A DNA stretch of 64,000 bases from an uncultured cyanobacterium (GTDB lineage Bacteria; Cyanobacteriota; Cyanobacteriia; Cyanobacteriales; CAWUOF01): the NCBI GenBank assembly GCA_963744145.1, contig CAVUSO010000001.1:1344001-1408000 (forward strand), read 5' to 3'. The notes under the pieces were generated by a model. That model had not been told where the DNA came from. It saw nothing but the letters and a program-made list of their open reading frames with translations, and made no database searches. The position numbers and the translations under genes were made by a program. Below are positions 38,813 through 49,800 of the stretch, piece after piece. Positions within the stretch are counted from its first letter, which is position 1, and each line of letters starts with the position of its first letter.

Positions 38813-38856
38813 TGAGAATGATTATCTTTTTCATATTAGAATTATAATCATTATCA
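38813..38856 (+). promoter_or_regulatory. tandem Fur/Zur-type operators
   Basis: TGAGAATGATTATCT (38813-38827) and TTATAATCATTATCA (38842-38856) upstream of the binding-protein gene. Confidence 0.6.
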
Positions 38857-38896
38857 TAATGATGATCTTGAATCCTGTGATGTACAGAGGTCATTT

Positions 38897-39898
38897 ATGC
38901 CCAAAAGCTTCCCCGTGAAAACTCATCACCTTTGGTGTCCTGTTCTTTTAGTCCTGTTGGTAGAACTGGTTGGATGTAGTAATAAGCCTCAGTCAGACAA
39001 TAACAAACCAAAAGTCGTGGCAACTTCTACCGTTGTTTGCGATGTAGCCAAACAAATTGCTCAGGATACAGTTGATCTAAAATGCTTAATTGAGCCAGGA
39101 TCAGACCCTCATGAATATCAGCCTAAGCCCGGAGACAGCGTGGCGATCGAGCAAGCCAATCTAATTCTCTATGCTGGCTACAATTTTGAACCAGGTTTAA
39201 TTAAGCTGATTCAAGCTACTTCTAATCCCGCTCCCAAGATTGCTGTAGATGAGGTAGCAGTTCCCACACCGCAACAGTTTGAGGATGATGGTAAGAGTGT
39301 TACGGACCCTCATGTTTTTCATAATGCGTTAAACGGTGTCCGGATTGTAGAGACAGTGAGAGATCGTCTCAAAACTCTAGCCCCTAGCAATACAGATCAA
39401 TACACCAAAAATGCTCAAAAAATCACCAGTGAACTGACGCAAATCCATGAGTGGATTAAAACTCAAATCAGCACAATCCCTACTCATCAACGCAAGTTAG
39501 TTACAACCCATGATGCCTTTGGTTATTACTCAAAAGCTTATGGAATTCCTCTAGCTGGGGCATTACAGGGAGTAAGCTCAGAAGAAGCACCCACGGCCAA
39601 GCGAGTGGCAGAACTGGTAAAAAGTATTAAGGAATCAGGTGTCCCCACGATTTTTGCAGAAACAACGATTAATCCGAAATTGATTCAGCAAGTAGCTACA
39701 GAAGCTCATGTCAAAGTCTCCGATCGAGAACTATTTGCCGATGGACTAGGGGAACAGGGTACAGTCGGTGACAGCTATCAGAAACTTTTGATTGCCAATA
39801 CGCGCACGATTACAGAAGGCTTGGGAGGTAACTACAAGGATTTCCAAACAAATTCTGCATTGGTGCAGCCTGCTCACAGCCCATCCCCTACGAAATAA
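38897..39898 (+). CDS. Zn/Mn ABC transporter substrate-binding lipoprotein
   Basis: Lipobox LVGC; DPHEY, DPHVF, THDAF, ADGL metal-ligand motifs. Confidence 0.93.
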   Translation: MPKSFPVKTHHLWCPVLLVLLVELVGCSNKPQSDNNKPKVVATSTVVCDVAKQIAQDTVDLKCLIEPGSDPHEYQPKPGDSVAIEQANLILYAGYNFEPGLIKLIQATSNPAPKIAVDEVAVPTPQQFEDDGKSVTDPHVFHNALNGVRIVETVRDRLKTLAPSNTDQYTKNAQKITSELTQIHEWIKTQISTIPTHQRKLVTTHDAFGYYSKAYGIPLAGALQGVSSEEAPTAKRVAELVKSIKESGVPTIFAETTINPKLIQQVATEAHVKVSDRELFADGLGEQGTVGDSYQKLLIANTRTITEGLGGNYKDFQTNSALVQPAHSPSPTK

Positions 39899-39908
39899 TT
39901 CTTCATTC

Positions 39909-39948
39909 TCCCCCTTCCCTGGTAGGGAAGGGGGTTGGGGGGTTAGGT
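39909..39948. repeat. cyanobacterial C/G-rich dispersed repeat (inverse copy at 52889-52929, relative at 53121-53159)
   Basis: TCCCCCTTCCCTGGTAGGGAAGGGGGTTGGGGGGTTAGGT. Confidence 0.75.
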
Positions 39949-40016
39949 TTCCCATCAACCTCGAAAAAAAACCTATAATCTAGTAAAGATTCTCAATTTT
40001 TCCTGTAGCCCATCCT

Positions 40017-41381
40017 ATGACCACATCCACCCGCCGTTATCATATTATCACCTTTGGCTGCCAAATGAACAAAGCCGATTCGGAACGAATGGCAGGTATT
40101 CTGGAGGATATGGGTTTTCAGTGGTCAGAAGACCCGAATCAAGCTGATCTAATTCTTTGTAACACTTGCTCAATTCGCGATAATGCAGAACATAAGGTTT
40201 ATTCCTATCTAGGTAGACAGGTCGATCGCAAACGTCAAAAACCTGATCTCACTTTAATTATTGCTGGTTGTGTCGCGCAACAGGAAGGAGAATCTTTACT
40301 CAGACGAGTACCCGAATTAGACTTAGTAATGGGACCCCAATATGCTAATCGTCTCGGAGATTTACTTGAACAAGTATTTGCAGGTAATCAGGTAGTCGCC
40401 ACAGAACCTGCTCATATTATGGAAGATATCACTAAACCGCGTCGTGATAGTACGGTGACAGCATGGGTAAATGTAATTTATGGTTGTAATGAGCGTTGTA
40501 CCTATTGCGTAGTTCCTAATGTACGTGGGATTGAACAATCTCGTAATCCAGATGCTATTCGCGCTGAAATGGTAGAATTAGGGCGTCAAGGTTATAAAGA
40601 AATTACTCTCCTTGGTCAAAATATTGATGCTTATGGACGAGATTTACCAGGGATTACAGAGCATGGACGACATTTGCATACCTTGACAGATTTACTTTAT
40701 TATGTTAGCGATGTACCAGGAATTGAGCGGATTCGCTTTGCTACCAGTCATCCTCGTTACTTTACCGATCGCTTAATTCGTGCTTGTGCAGAATTACCAA
40801 AGGTATGTGAACATTTCCATATTCCTTTTCAGTCAGGTGATAATGATATTCTCAAAGCAATGGCACGGGGATATACTCAAGAAAAATATCGACGCATTAT
40901 TAATACCATTCGCGATTATATCCCCGATGCAGCGATTAGTGCTGATGCGATCGTTGGTTTTCCCGGAGAAACTGAAGCACAATTTGAAAAAACTTTGATG
41001 TTGGTAGATGAGATTGAATTTGATTTATTAAATACAGCAGCTTATTCTCCTCGTCCAAATACACCAGCAGCATTATGGGGAAATCAAATTAGTGAAGAAG
41101 TTAAAGCCGATCGTCTGCAAAGATTAAATCATTTAGTGGGAATGAAAGCTCTATCGCGATCGCAACGTTATCAAGGTAGGATTGAAGAAGTATTAGTCGA
41201 AGACTCCAATCAAAAAGACTCCACCCAAGTCATGGGACGTACTCGTGGTAATCGATTAACTTTTTTTAAAGGAGATATTGAGCAATTAAGGGGAAAAGTT
41301 GTACCTGTAAAAATTACCGCAATTCGTCCTTTTAGTTTAACTGGCGAAATCGTACTCACTCGTGATATGGTATCCACCTAA
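40017..41381 (+). CDS. miaB: tRNA-2-methylthio-N6-dimethylallyladenosine synthase
   Basis: TFGCQMN..DSE, NTCSIR, GC.ERCTYC radical SAM motif, C-terminal TRAM domain. Confidence 0.96.
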   Translation: MTTSTRRYHIITFGCQMNKADSERMAGILEDMGFQWSEDPNQADLILCNTCSIRDNAEHKVYSYLGRQVDRKRQKPDLTLIIAGCVAQQEGESLLRRVPELDLVMGPQYANRLGDLLEQVFAGNQVVATEPAHIMEDITKPRRDSTVTAWVNVIYGCNERCTYCVVPNVRGIEQSRNPDAIRAEMVELGRQGYKEITLLGQNIDAYGRDLPGITEHGRHLHTLTDLLYYVSDVPGIERIRFATSHPRYFTDRLIRACAELPKVCEHFHIPFQSGDNDILKAMARGYTQEKYRRIINTIRDYIPDAAISADAIVGFPGETEAQFEKTLMLVDEIEFDLLNTAAYSPRPNTPAALWGNQISEEVKADRLQRLNHLVGMKALSRSQRYQGRIEEVLVEDSNQKDSTQVMGRTRGNRLTFFKGDIEQLRGKVVPVKITAIRPFSLTGEIVLTRDMVST

Positions 41382-41402
41382 AGAGTGTTAGTGGGGATAA
41401 AG

Positions 41403-42452
41403 ATGACCAAATTGCGAGTAGGACTACTGTTTGGGGGTAGATCGGGGGAACATGAAGTCTCCATTAGTTCAGCTCAAGCGATCGCTCGGGCAATAACTAC
41501 AGATCCAAATGTCGATCGCTATGAGCTTCTACCGTTTTATATCCAAAAAGACGGTGTTTGGCAAGCTTCAGCAGTTGCTCAACAGGTTTTACTCTCGGGT
41601 ATCCCACTGGTTACGGAAGATGTACCACTCAATCTCTGGAAATTTCCACCGGAAACAACCGAGATTGATATTTGGTTTCCCATTTTACATGGTCCGAATG
41701 GGGAAGATGGGACAATTCAGGGACTATTAGCTTTAACTCAAAAACCATTTGTGGGTACAGGAGTTTTAGGATCTGCTCTGGGAATGGATAAATTAGCAAT
41801 GAAAACAGCTTTTGCTCAAGCTGGTTTATCTCAAGTTAAATATATGGGAATAAATCGTAGTCAGGTTTGGTCAGATCCCTGTGTTTTCCCCAAATTATGT
41901 GATGAAATTGAAAGTAAATTAGGTTATCCCTGTTTTGTCAAACCAGCAAATTTAGGTTCATCAGTCGGAATTTCTAAAGTGCGATCGCGTCCGGAATTAG
42001 AAAGAGCATTAGATCAAGCAGCTAGTTACGATCGCAGGTTAATAGTTGAAGCTGGAGTGATCGCTCGGGAAGTTGAATGTGCTGTATTAGGAAATGATCA
42101 TCCTCAAGCATCAGTAGTGGGAGAGATTACTTATAAAAGTGATTTTTATGACTACGAAACTAAGTATACTCAAGGTAAAGCAGACCTATGGATTCCCGCG
42201 CAAATTCCCAGCGAAATTGCTACTCAAATTCAAGCAATATCAATTAAAGCATTTCTCGCGATCGATGCTGCTGGATTAGCAAGAGTAGATTTCTTTTATG
42301 TTGAAGCTACTGGGGAAATTTTGATTAATGAAATCAACACTATTCCTGGTTTTACAGCAACAAGTATGTACCCTCAATTATGGTCAGCTAGTGGTATTTC
42401 CTTTCCAGAATTAGTTCATCAACTCATTCAGTTTGGTTGGGAACGTAAGTAA
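41403..42452 (+). CDS. ddl: D-alanine--D-alanine ligase
   Basis: [46 protein letters not shown]. Confidence 0.96.
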   Translation: MTKLRVGLLFGGRSGEHEVSISSAQAIARAITTDPNVDRYELLPFYIQKDGVWQASAVAQQVLLSGIPLVTEDVPLNLWKFPPETTEIDIWFPILHGPNGEDGTIQGLLALTQKPFVGTGVLGSALGMDKLAMKTAFAQAGLSQVKYMGINRSQVWSDPCVFPKLCDEIESKLGYPCFVKPANLGSSVGISKVRSRPELERALDQAASYDRRLIVEAGVIAREVECAVLGNDHPQASVVGEITYKSDFYDYETKYTQGKADLWIPAQIPSEIATQIQAISIKAFLAIDAAGLARVDFFYVEATGEILINEINTIPGFTATSMYPQLWSASGISFPELVHQLIQFGWERK

Positions 42453-42473
42453 CTTAAAATCATCGAGCCATAA

Positions 42474-43151
42474 ATGCTATTACTCCAATTTAGCACCTCT
42501 CACTATTGTCGGAAAATTAGACTGGTACTGGGTTATAAACGGTTAGATTATCAAGTCCAAAACTTAACTCCAGGTGTACATATATGGAAATTAAAACCAC
42601 TAACCGGGTTAACTACAGTTCCAGTATTACTCCCAGAAATAGCTGGAGAACCAGTCGCGATCGCTGATTCTACAAGAATTTGCCAATATTTAGAAAAACA
42701 TGATCCGACACCAGCATTATTTTTACCAGATCCCCAGCAACAACAAGAAGCATGGTTATGGGAAGATTGGTTAGATGAAAGTATTGGTACAGCGACTCGG
42801 TTTGTTTATTATGATTTTCGAGCAGGAGCTGGAAAACAAATCGATCCCTCGTTATTCAGTCAGGTATTGATTCAAATTGTGCGTCAACAGTATAACATGA
42901 ATAAAGCTACAGTTGAATTAGCAACTATGCGTTTAAATAGAGCTTTAGAATTATTAGGTAGTCGCTGGGAGAAAAAACCCTTTTTAATCAGCGATCGCCC
43001 TAGTGTAGCAGATTTAACCGCTGCCGCTCTCCTGAGTCCCTTAGCCTTAATCCCCCATTATCAGCAAAATTATCCCTGGTTAATGCAAAGGATTGGGGAA
43101 ATACACCAACTTTGTCAAGAACCACTACCACCTGGATTAAATCTTAATTAA
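42474..43151 (+). CDS. glutathione S-transferase family protein
   Basis: SHYCRKIR, TVPVL, DSTRIC.YL, SVADL. Confidence 0.9.
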   Translation: MLLLQFSTSHYCRKIRLVLGYKRLDYQVQNLTPGVHIWKLKPLTGLTTVPVLLPEIAGEPVAIADSTRICQYLEKHDPTPALFLPDPQQQQEAWLWEDWLDESIGTATRFVYYDFRAGAGKQIDPSLFSQVLIQIVRQQYNMNKATVELATMRLNRALELLGSRWEKKPFLISDRPSVADLTAAALLSPLALIPHYQQNYPWLMQRIGEIHQLCQEPLPPGLNLN

Positions 43152-43161
43152 TACCGATTGT

Positions 43162-43458
43162 ATGATAAAATACCTAATCTGTATCTATTTAATCATCTTC
43201 AACATGGTGAGAGGAGAACCAGCATGGGGATTACCACCAGCGACAGATATACCAGAAGAAATATTAAGGACAGAAATAATTACCACAGCGCGATCGCCCA
43301 TTGACGGTAAACCTGTGACCCCAGCCGAATATGTCCAATTACAAGCCCAATTAGAAAAAAGCCCATCCAACCCTAAATCACAAGTTAACCCCAAAATTCA
43401 AAACCTAATTTTTTTATTGCGTCTACGTCAAGCAATTCGGACCGTCATCCCCTTCTGA
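43162..43458 (+). CDS. small exported hypothetical protein
   Basis: Signal-like N-terminus, then LPP..DIPEEILRTEIIT.ARSPIDG.P. Confidence 0.7.
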   Translation: MIKYLICIYLIIFNMVRGEPAWGLPPATDIPEEILRTEIITTARSPIDGKPVTPAEYVQLQAQLEKSPSNPKSQVNPKIQNLIFLLRLRQAIRTVIPF

Positions 43459-43696
43459 ACTCAAGATGACGCTGTAATTTTGGGGGACAAATTGAGGATT
43501 TGCAAAAAATTTGCCATGATTTATGAAATTTTGTGACTTTAAATGTCTATATTTTTTACATAACTTTAGTTTGAGTACCTCAGCCTCTCCTTAGATAAAC
43601 ATTTGGAATTTAAGCGGCATAGACACATACCCAGTGTTAGCTTTGAGGATAAACTCTTGTGAATAAATTTGGTAAATTCTCTTAGGTAGGTTCCTT

Positions 43697-46006
43697 ATGT
43701 CGATGACCATTGCCCCCGACCAAATAGACCGAATAGTGTGGAATCAGCACGATGATCCCTTCGCCGTCCTTGGCCCACATCCAATTGAACAAGAGGGAAA
43801 GACCACAGGATGGATAGTGCGAACCTACCAACCTTCAGCAGAAGCAGTTTGGGTAGTCTTACCAGATAAACGTCAAGAATACCCAATGCAATCAGTCCAT
43901 AATCCGCACTTTTTTGAATGTGTCCTCGATCTGACCGAACTAGCTAACTACCAATTGCGGTTAAAAGAAGGAAATCAAGAACGGGTCATTAATGATACTT
44001 ATGCTTTTCGTTCTCCGAAACTAACAGACTTCGATGTTCACCTCTTCTCAGAAGGTAATCATCACCGCATTTATGAAAAATTAGGCGCTCATTTAATGGA
44101 ATTAGATGGCGTCAAAGGAGTTTACTTTGCTGTTTGGGCACCTAATGCTCGCAACGCATCCGTGTTGGGAGATTTCAACTATTGGGATGGTCGGAAACAT
44201 CAGATGCGAAAAGGGGGCAATGGCGTCTGGGAACTCTTTATTCCTGATTTAGGTGTGGGCACCCATTATAAATACGAAATTAAAAACATCAATGGACATA
44301 TTTACGAAAAATCTGACCCTTATGGATTTCAACAAGAAGTGCGTCCAAAAACAGCTTCGATCGTCGCTGATTTAGATCAATATGAGTGGCATGATCACAA
44401 CTGGATTGAAGAAAGACGACATCATGATCCTCTCGTTCAACCAGTTTCCATCTATGAGTGTCATTTGGGTTCTTGGTTACACGCAGCTAGTGCTGAACCA
44501 GCTAGACTCCCTAATGGTGAACCTGAACCAGTGGTTCAAGTTTCGGAATTGAATCCTGGGGCTCGTTTTCTGACTTATCGTGAATTAACGACCAAATTGA
44601 TTCCTTATGTCAAGGAGTTAGGATATACCCATATTGAATTGCTGCCGATCGCCGAACATCCATTTGATGGTTCTTGGGGTTATCAGGTCACAGGTTATTA
44701 TGCACCAACCTCGCGCTTTGGTACTCCAGCAGATTTTATGTATTTTGTTGACGAGTGCCATGCGAATGGAATTGGGGTAATCGTGGACTGGGTGCCGGGA
44801 CACTTCCCCAAAGATGGTCATGGTTTGGCTTTCTTTGATGGTACTCATCTTTATGAACACGCAGACCCACGGAAAGGAGAACATAAAGAGTGGGGCACCT
44901 TAGTATTTAACTATAATCGCAACGAAGTCCGGAATTTTTTAGCTGCTAATGCGCTGTTTTGGTTTGATAAATATCATATTGATGGAATGCGGGTAGATGC
45001 AGTTGCGTCGATGATCTATTTGGATTATTGTCGCAAACCTGGAGAATGGGTGACTAATCAATATGGTGGAAGGGAAAATATTGAAGCGGCTGATTTTATC
45101 CGTCAAGTAAATCATTTGATTTTTAGTTATTTTCCGGGCATTTTGTCCATTGCGGAAGAGTCCACATCTTGGCCAATGGTTTCTTGGCCCACTTATGTTG
45201 GTGGTTTAGGCTTCAATTTGAAATGGAATATGGGCTGGATGCACGATATGTTGGATTATTTCCACATGGACCCTTGGTTTCGCCAGTTCCATCAAAATAA
45301 TATTACTTTCAGTATGTGGTACAACCACAGCGAGAATTTTATGCTAGCTCTATCTCACGATGAGATTGTGCATGGCAAGAGTAATATGATTGGTAAGATG
45401 CCCGGAGATGAGTGGCAGAAGTTTGCCAATGTCCGTTGTTTATTTACCTATATGTTTGCCCATCCTGGCAAGAAAACCATGTTTATGAGCATGGAATTTG
45501 CTCAGTGGAGCGAGTGGAATGTGTGGGCAGATTTGGAGTGGCATTTGCTCCAATATGAACGTCATCAAGAGGTGAAGCGGTTTTTTACTGAACTAAATTA
45601 TCTTTATCGTAGTGAACCAACTTTATATACTTTAGATTTCGCTCCAGAAGGATTTGAGTGGATTGATTGCAGTGATAATCGTCACAGTGTTGTTTCTTTT
45701 ATCCGTCGTGCTAAGGATTCTGAGGAATTTGTAGTTGTAGTTTGTAATTTCACTCCTCAACCCCATGCTCATTATCGGGTAGGAGTTCCTGTTGCGGGAT
45801 TTTATACCGAGCTATTTAATAGTGATGCTCGCAAATATGGGGGTAGCAACATGGGGAATTTGGGTGGTAAATGGACTGATGAATGGTGGTTCCATAATCG
45901 TCCCCATTCTCTCGATTTGTGCTTACCTCCTTTAGCGGTGTTGATCTTCAAATTGGATCGGGAAAAAAGTGTCGCTGCATTACCCGCTCAAGTGAATGAA
46001 GATTAA
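43697..46006 (+). CDS. glgB: 1,4-alpha-glucan branching enzyme
   Basis: VWAPNA, SWGYQ, DWVPGHF, RVDAVASM, AEEST, LSHDE. Confidence 0.97.
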   Translation: MSMTIAPDQIDRIVWNQHDDPFAVLGPHPIEQEGKTTGWIVRTYQPSAEAVWVVLPDKRQEYPMQSVHNPHFFECVLDLTELANYQLRLKEGNQERVINDTYAFRSPKLTDFDVHLFSEGNHHRIYEKLGAHLMELDGVKGVYFAVWAPNARNASVLGDFNYWDGRKHQMRKGGNGVWELFIPDLGVGTHYKYEIKNINGHIYEKSDPYGFQQEVRPKTASIVADLDQYEWHDHNWIEERRHHDPLVQPVSIYECHLGSWLHAASAEPARLPNGEPEPVVQVSELNPGARFLTYRELTTKLIPYVKELGYTHIELLPIAEHPFDGSWGYQVTGYYAPTSRFGTPADFMYFVDECHANGIGVIVDWVPGHFPKDGHGLAFFDGTHLYEHADPRKGEHKEWGTLVFNYNRNEVRNFLAANALFWFDKYHIDGMRVDAVASMIYLDYCRKPGEWVTNQYGGRENIEAADFIRQVNHLIFSYFPGILSIAEESTSWPMVSWPTYVGGLGFNLKWNMGWMHDMLDYFHMDPWFRQFHQNNITFSMWYNHSENFMLALSHDEIVHGKSNMIGKMPGDEWQKFANVRCLFTYMFAHPGKKTMFMSMEFAQWSEWNVWADLEWHLLQYERHQEVKRFFTELNYLYRSEPTLYTLDFAPEGFEWIDCSDNRHSVVSFIRRAKDSEEFVVVVCNFTPQPHAHYRVGVPVAGFYTELFNSDARKYGGSNMGNLGGKWTDEWWFHNRPHSLDLCLPPLAVLIFKLDREKSVAALPAQVNED

Positions 46007-46010
46007 ATAG

Positions 46011-46156
46011 CAATACGATTCAGTTAAGTGTAGGGGTGAAGCATTCGGACGACAATTGAACAATCAAGGTTTACCCTGAGCGTTCCCTGAGCGTAGTCGA
46101 AGGGTAGTCGAAGGGCAGTAATATTAGATCCAAATGCTTCACCCTTGTTCTGCGCT
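46011..46156 (+). mobile_element. truncated GTAG-hairpin MITE carrying nested small dispersed repeats
   Basis: Left TIR CAATACGATTCAGTTAA; nested CCCTGAGCGTAGTCGAAGGG units at 46074-46115. Confidence 0.75.
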
Positions 46157-46837
46157 TTAGTTGCAGTGGTGACGGACCCAATCCCGAACTAAGCGAATAA
46201 CTGCATTTTCATTCATAGTTTGACGCTGCTGTAAAAACTGATTTAAAATCTCAGCAGTTATGATGGGAAAAGCCCCACTAACTGCCGATTCCTGATAAGT
46301 TCGATTTTTTCCCACACCCTGCAACAAATAAACTTTCAAACCTGGTTTTTTCGTATAACACCACACCTCCGGAATACCTAAAGACTGATAAATATCAATT
46401 CTCCGAGTCGAAGGACTAGTAATATCAACTTCAATCACTAAATCAGGTGGTAAATTCTCTGGAATTTCCGGGTCTAAACCTGCTAATAAATCCGCATTTT
46501 GGATATAAAAACAAGTATCAGGTTCTACTCCTTGTGCTAAATCTTCTCTTTCCCAGGTAGTAGAACCCAAATCAATCACATTCAAACTCAGTTCTTCTGT
46601 CAACGTTGTTACAATTCTAGCCAACAACCGATTAATAATTTCATGTAATTTTGAAGGTATCTTAATTTGTAATATTCCTTGATGATAAGTCAACCGCGAC
46701 GATCGATGATTTCCCAGCTCTGTAAGTAAGGCTTTAAAAGTCTGCCAACTCACCTGATCAAGCACAATATCTTGGGTTACTTTTCCTTGAAAATCATCCA
46801 TTTCTAATTCGCTGACTTGAGTAGAAATCTGCACCAT
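46157..46837 (-). CDS. Uma2 family (DUF820) endonuclease-fold protein
   Basis: VSWQTF, VEPDTCFY, PPDLVIEVDITS, LGIPEVW. Confidence 0.9.
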   Translation of the reverse strand: MVQISTQVSELEMDDFQGKVTQDIVLDQVSWQTFKALLTELGNHRSSRLTYHQGILQIKIPSKLHEIINRLLARIVTTLTEELSLNVIDLGSTTWEREDLAQGVEPDTCFYIQNADLLAGLDPEIPENLPPDLVIEVDITSPSTRRIDIYQSLGIPEVWCYTKKPGLKVYLLQGVGKNRTYQESAVSGAFPIITAEILNQFLQQRQTMNENAVIRLVRDWVRHHCN

Positions 46838-49800
46838 TTAAACTCCTAAATGCTGTTCGATTAATTGGGCGATCGCACTATCATTAAAATCTTCTGTCAG
46901 TTCTAGAAGATGAGAACCAAAGGTATGATAGCGATCGTCTGTTGTCATCAAAGACCTTACTGCTTCCTCAATTGCCATAATATCCCCAATTTTAGCCAAC
47001 TTGAGAAGTTTTTTTAGTTCTGGTGTGGGTAGGGTGGTTTGCTCCACATCTTTCTTGGTTGGTACAGAAGCGTTTAACCCCTCATAAATCCACTCCAATT
47101 GCAGATATTTTTGCAAACTAGCTAACAACTCCTCGAAGTTAATCGGTTTGTGCAGAAAATCGTTGCAACCTGCTTCCAAACTCATCACTTGGTTTTGTTC
47201 GAGAACGCTCGCGGAAGAAGCAATAATAATAGTACGTTGAAAATCTGGCAATTTTCGCAATTGTCGCACCATCTCAAAGCCATCTAAAATTGGCATTACT
47301 AAATCCGTAATTATTAAATCTGGTGGAAAATTCTGTGCTTGCTGTAAACCTTCTATTCCATTGCGTGCTTCTCGACATTCAAATCCCACGGAGGTTAACA
47401 TTTCTAGTAAGACTTGTTGGTTTACCAATTTATCATCGACAATTAAGAGCTGACGTTTTGCACCTTGATAACCAATAATTTTCCTTTGCTTGCTTCCAGT
47501 TGTTTGCCAATCTGTGGCAATAGGAATTTTAATATCAAAGAAAAAGGTACTACCTTGTCCGAGTTGACTGATGACTTGAATCTCACCCCCCATCAGATTG
47601 ATAATTGTTCCAGAAATCGCCAACCCTAAACCAGTTCCCTCGATTTGTCGGGACTTATCACCAACTTGCTCAAAAGGTAAGAAGACTTTTGCTAAGTGTT
47701 CGGAGTTGATACCAATACCTGTATCGCTTACGGCAAAATATACTGTAGCGGTATTATTAGAGTTAGCATCATTTGCCCATCGTTCTACCGTAAAAGTTAC
47801 ACTGCCGCGATCGGTGAATTTGATGGCATTACTTAACAGATTCAGCAACACTTGGCGCAGACGTTTTTCATCAACTATTACTGCTGAAGGTAAGTTTGGG
47901 TCTACTATAAAATTGAAAAGAATATTTTTAGCTTCTGCTTGAATCCGCGACATCTCTGTGACTCCCAATAAAAATGAAGAGAAGTTGATGGGTTGAGGAT
48001 TTAATTCTAGTTTGCAAGCTTCGATTTTGGACAGATCAAGAATATCATTAATCAGATTGAGTAAGTGGGTGCCAGATTCCTTAATTATTTTCACCCCATG
48101 ACGTTGAGTGTTGAGGTCTTTAGCGCGTTCCATAATCTGTGCGTAGCCAAGAATACCATTGAGGGGAGTGCGTAACTCATGGCTCATATTAGCAAGAAAT
48201 TCACTTTTAGCTTGGTTAGCTGATTCCGCCGCAGCTTTAGCTTGATTTAATTCTTGGGTGCGTTCTTCTACTTTTTGTTCTAAGTTACGGTAGAGGGTGG
48301 CATTTTCGATCGCGATCGCTACTTGAGCTGTTAATAGTTTGAGAATTTCTTGGTGACGCTTGGTAAATGCGGCGATAGTTTGACTATTTTCTAAATAGAG
48401 AATTCCGATCATCGTATTTTGTTTGAGGATTGGCAAACACAAGATACTTTTTGGTTGTTGAATTTGAATATAGCGATCGCTACTCCAGCGCTCAATTTGG
48501 GTAATATCATCAAAAACTAAAGTTTCTGTAGTTTTGCGAACATAACGAATTAGACAAACCGGTACATCGGAACTGGTTTCTAGGGATTGTTTAAGGGAAG
48601 AGGGAGTAGCAGTTGCTCCCCCATCTTCCCTACTCCCTTGTTCTGAGGTAGCTAGAGCTTCTACTCTCCAATCAGAACCTGTCGGTAAAATTAACGCACA
48701 TTTAGTCGCTCCTGCATTTTCCATTAAAATTGCCACTAGGTTAGCAATCAGTTGGTCGTGTTGGAGTTCGCTGGAGATAGCTTGACAGACTTTGAAAATG
48801 CTAGCTACATCAAGGATTTTAGAGTCACTGGTACTGCTACTAATGGTAGAAATACCAGGAATTATCAGGGGACTTTCCGAAACATTAATAATTGTTTTCT
48901 GTTCTATTTGAGTCTGGGGTAAAATTGCTTCCAATAATTTATAATAGTGTTGTTTGAGATCATTAATTTTAGCGTTTGCTCCCCATTTTTCATAACAACA
49001 ATAGGCGTTAGTAATATAGTTAATCGCTAGATTTTGTTTGTCACAGTTTAGATAAAATTTAGCAGCTAATTCGTTCGCAATAGCTTCTTCTTGCACATAT
49101 CCGTTTTGTTTAGCTTCTGCGATCGCGCGATCGTATAGTAGACTGGCTAAAGCTTTATTTGCTAACACCCGATTCAACTCTGCTTCTACTAGAAAATATT
49201 TGTGCAGAAAATTTTCAGGACAGTGATCTGACCAAATCTTTAACTGCTGCTGATTGGTGCGAATTTTTTCAATCATTTCACTCTGGTTTTCCTGGGATAA
49301 ACCAGAGTATAGATTGACCATAATCAAAGAACCATAATAATAATAACCACTATAGGTCGTAAATCCTAGAAGAGCATTCAACATCTTTTCTGCTTTTTCA
49401 GTATAAATCAATCCTTCTGCAAAATCTGCTGTTAAGCAAGAAATGTGCATTCTCAGAATATAATAAGGAACAAGACCCATCCCTACTTGGGATCTTTCAC
49501 TTTGATCAATAATCTCTTCTATGTGAACAATTGAATTTTCTATATCTTCATCTAGTGATAATTTTTTCACAAAAAATTCCGCTCCAGCTAGGGATGTCCG
49601 GAGAACGCTATCCTGGATTTTTCTTGAAGCTATTTGATATTTTTTTATATCTTCCAGAATTGACAATAAATTTTCTCCTTGAAACAGACGATTAAAAACA
49701 TTTCCAAATAAATTATAAGCAGCAAATAGAATTTCTCCTGCTTCAATTCCTACCAAAAAACTGTCATAATTAATAGCAGCTGCTCCCGCAATAGGTTTAG

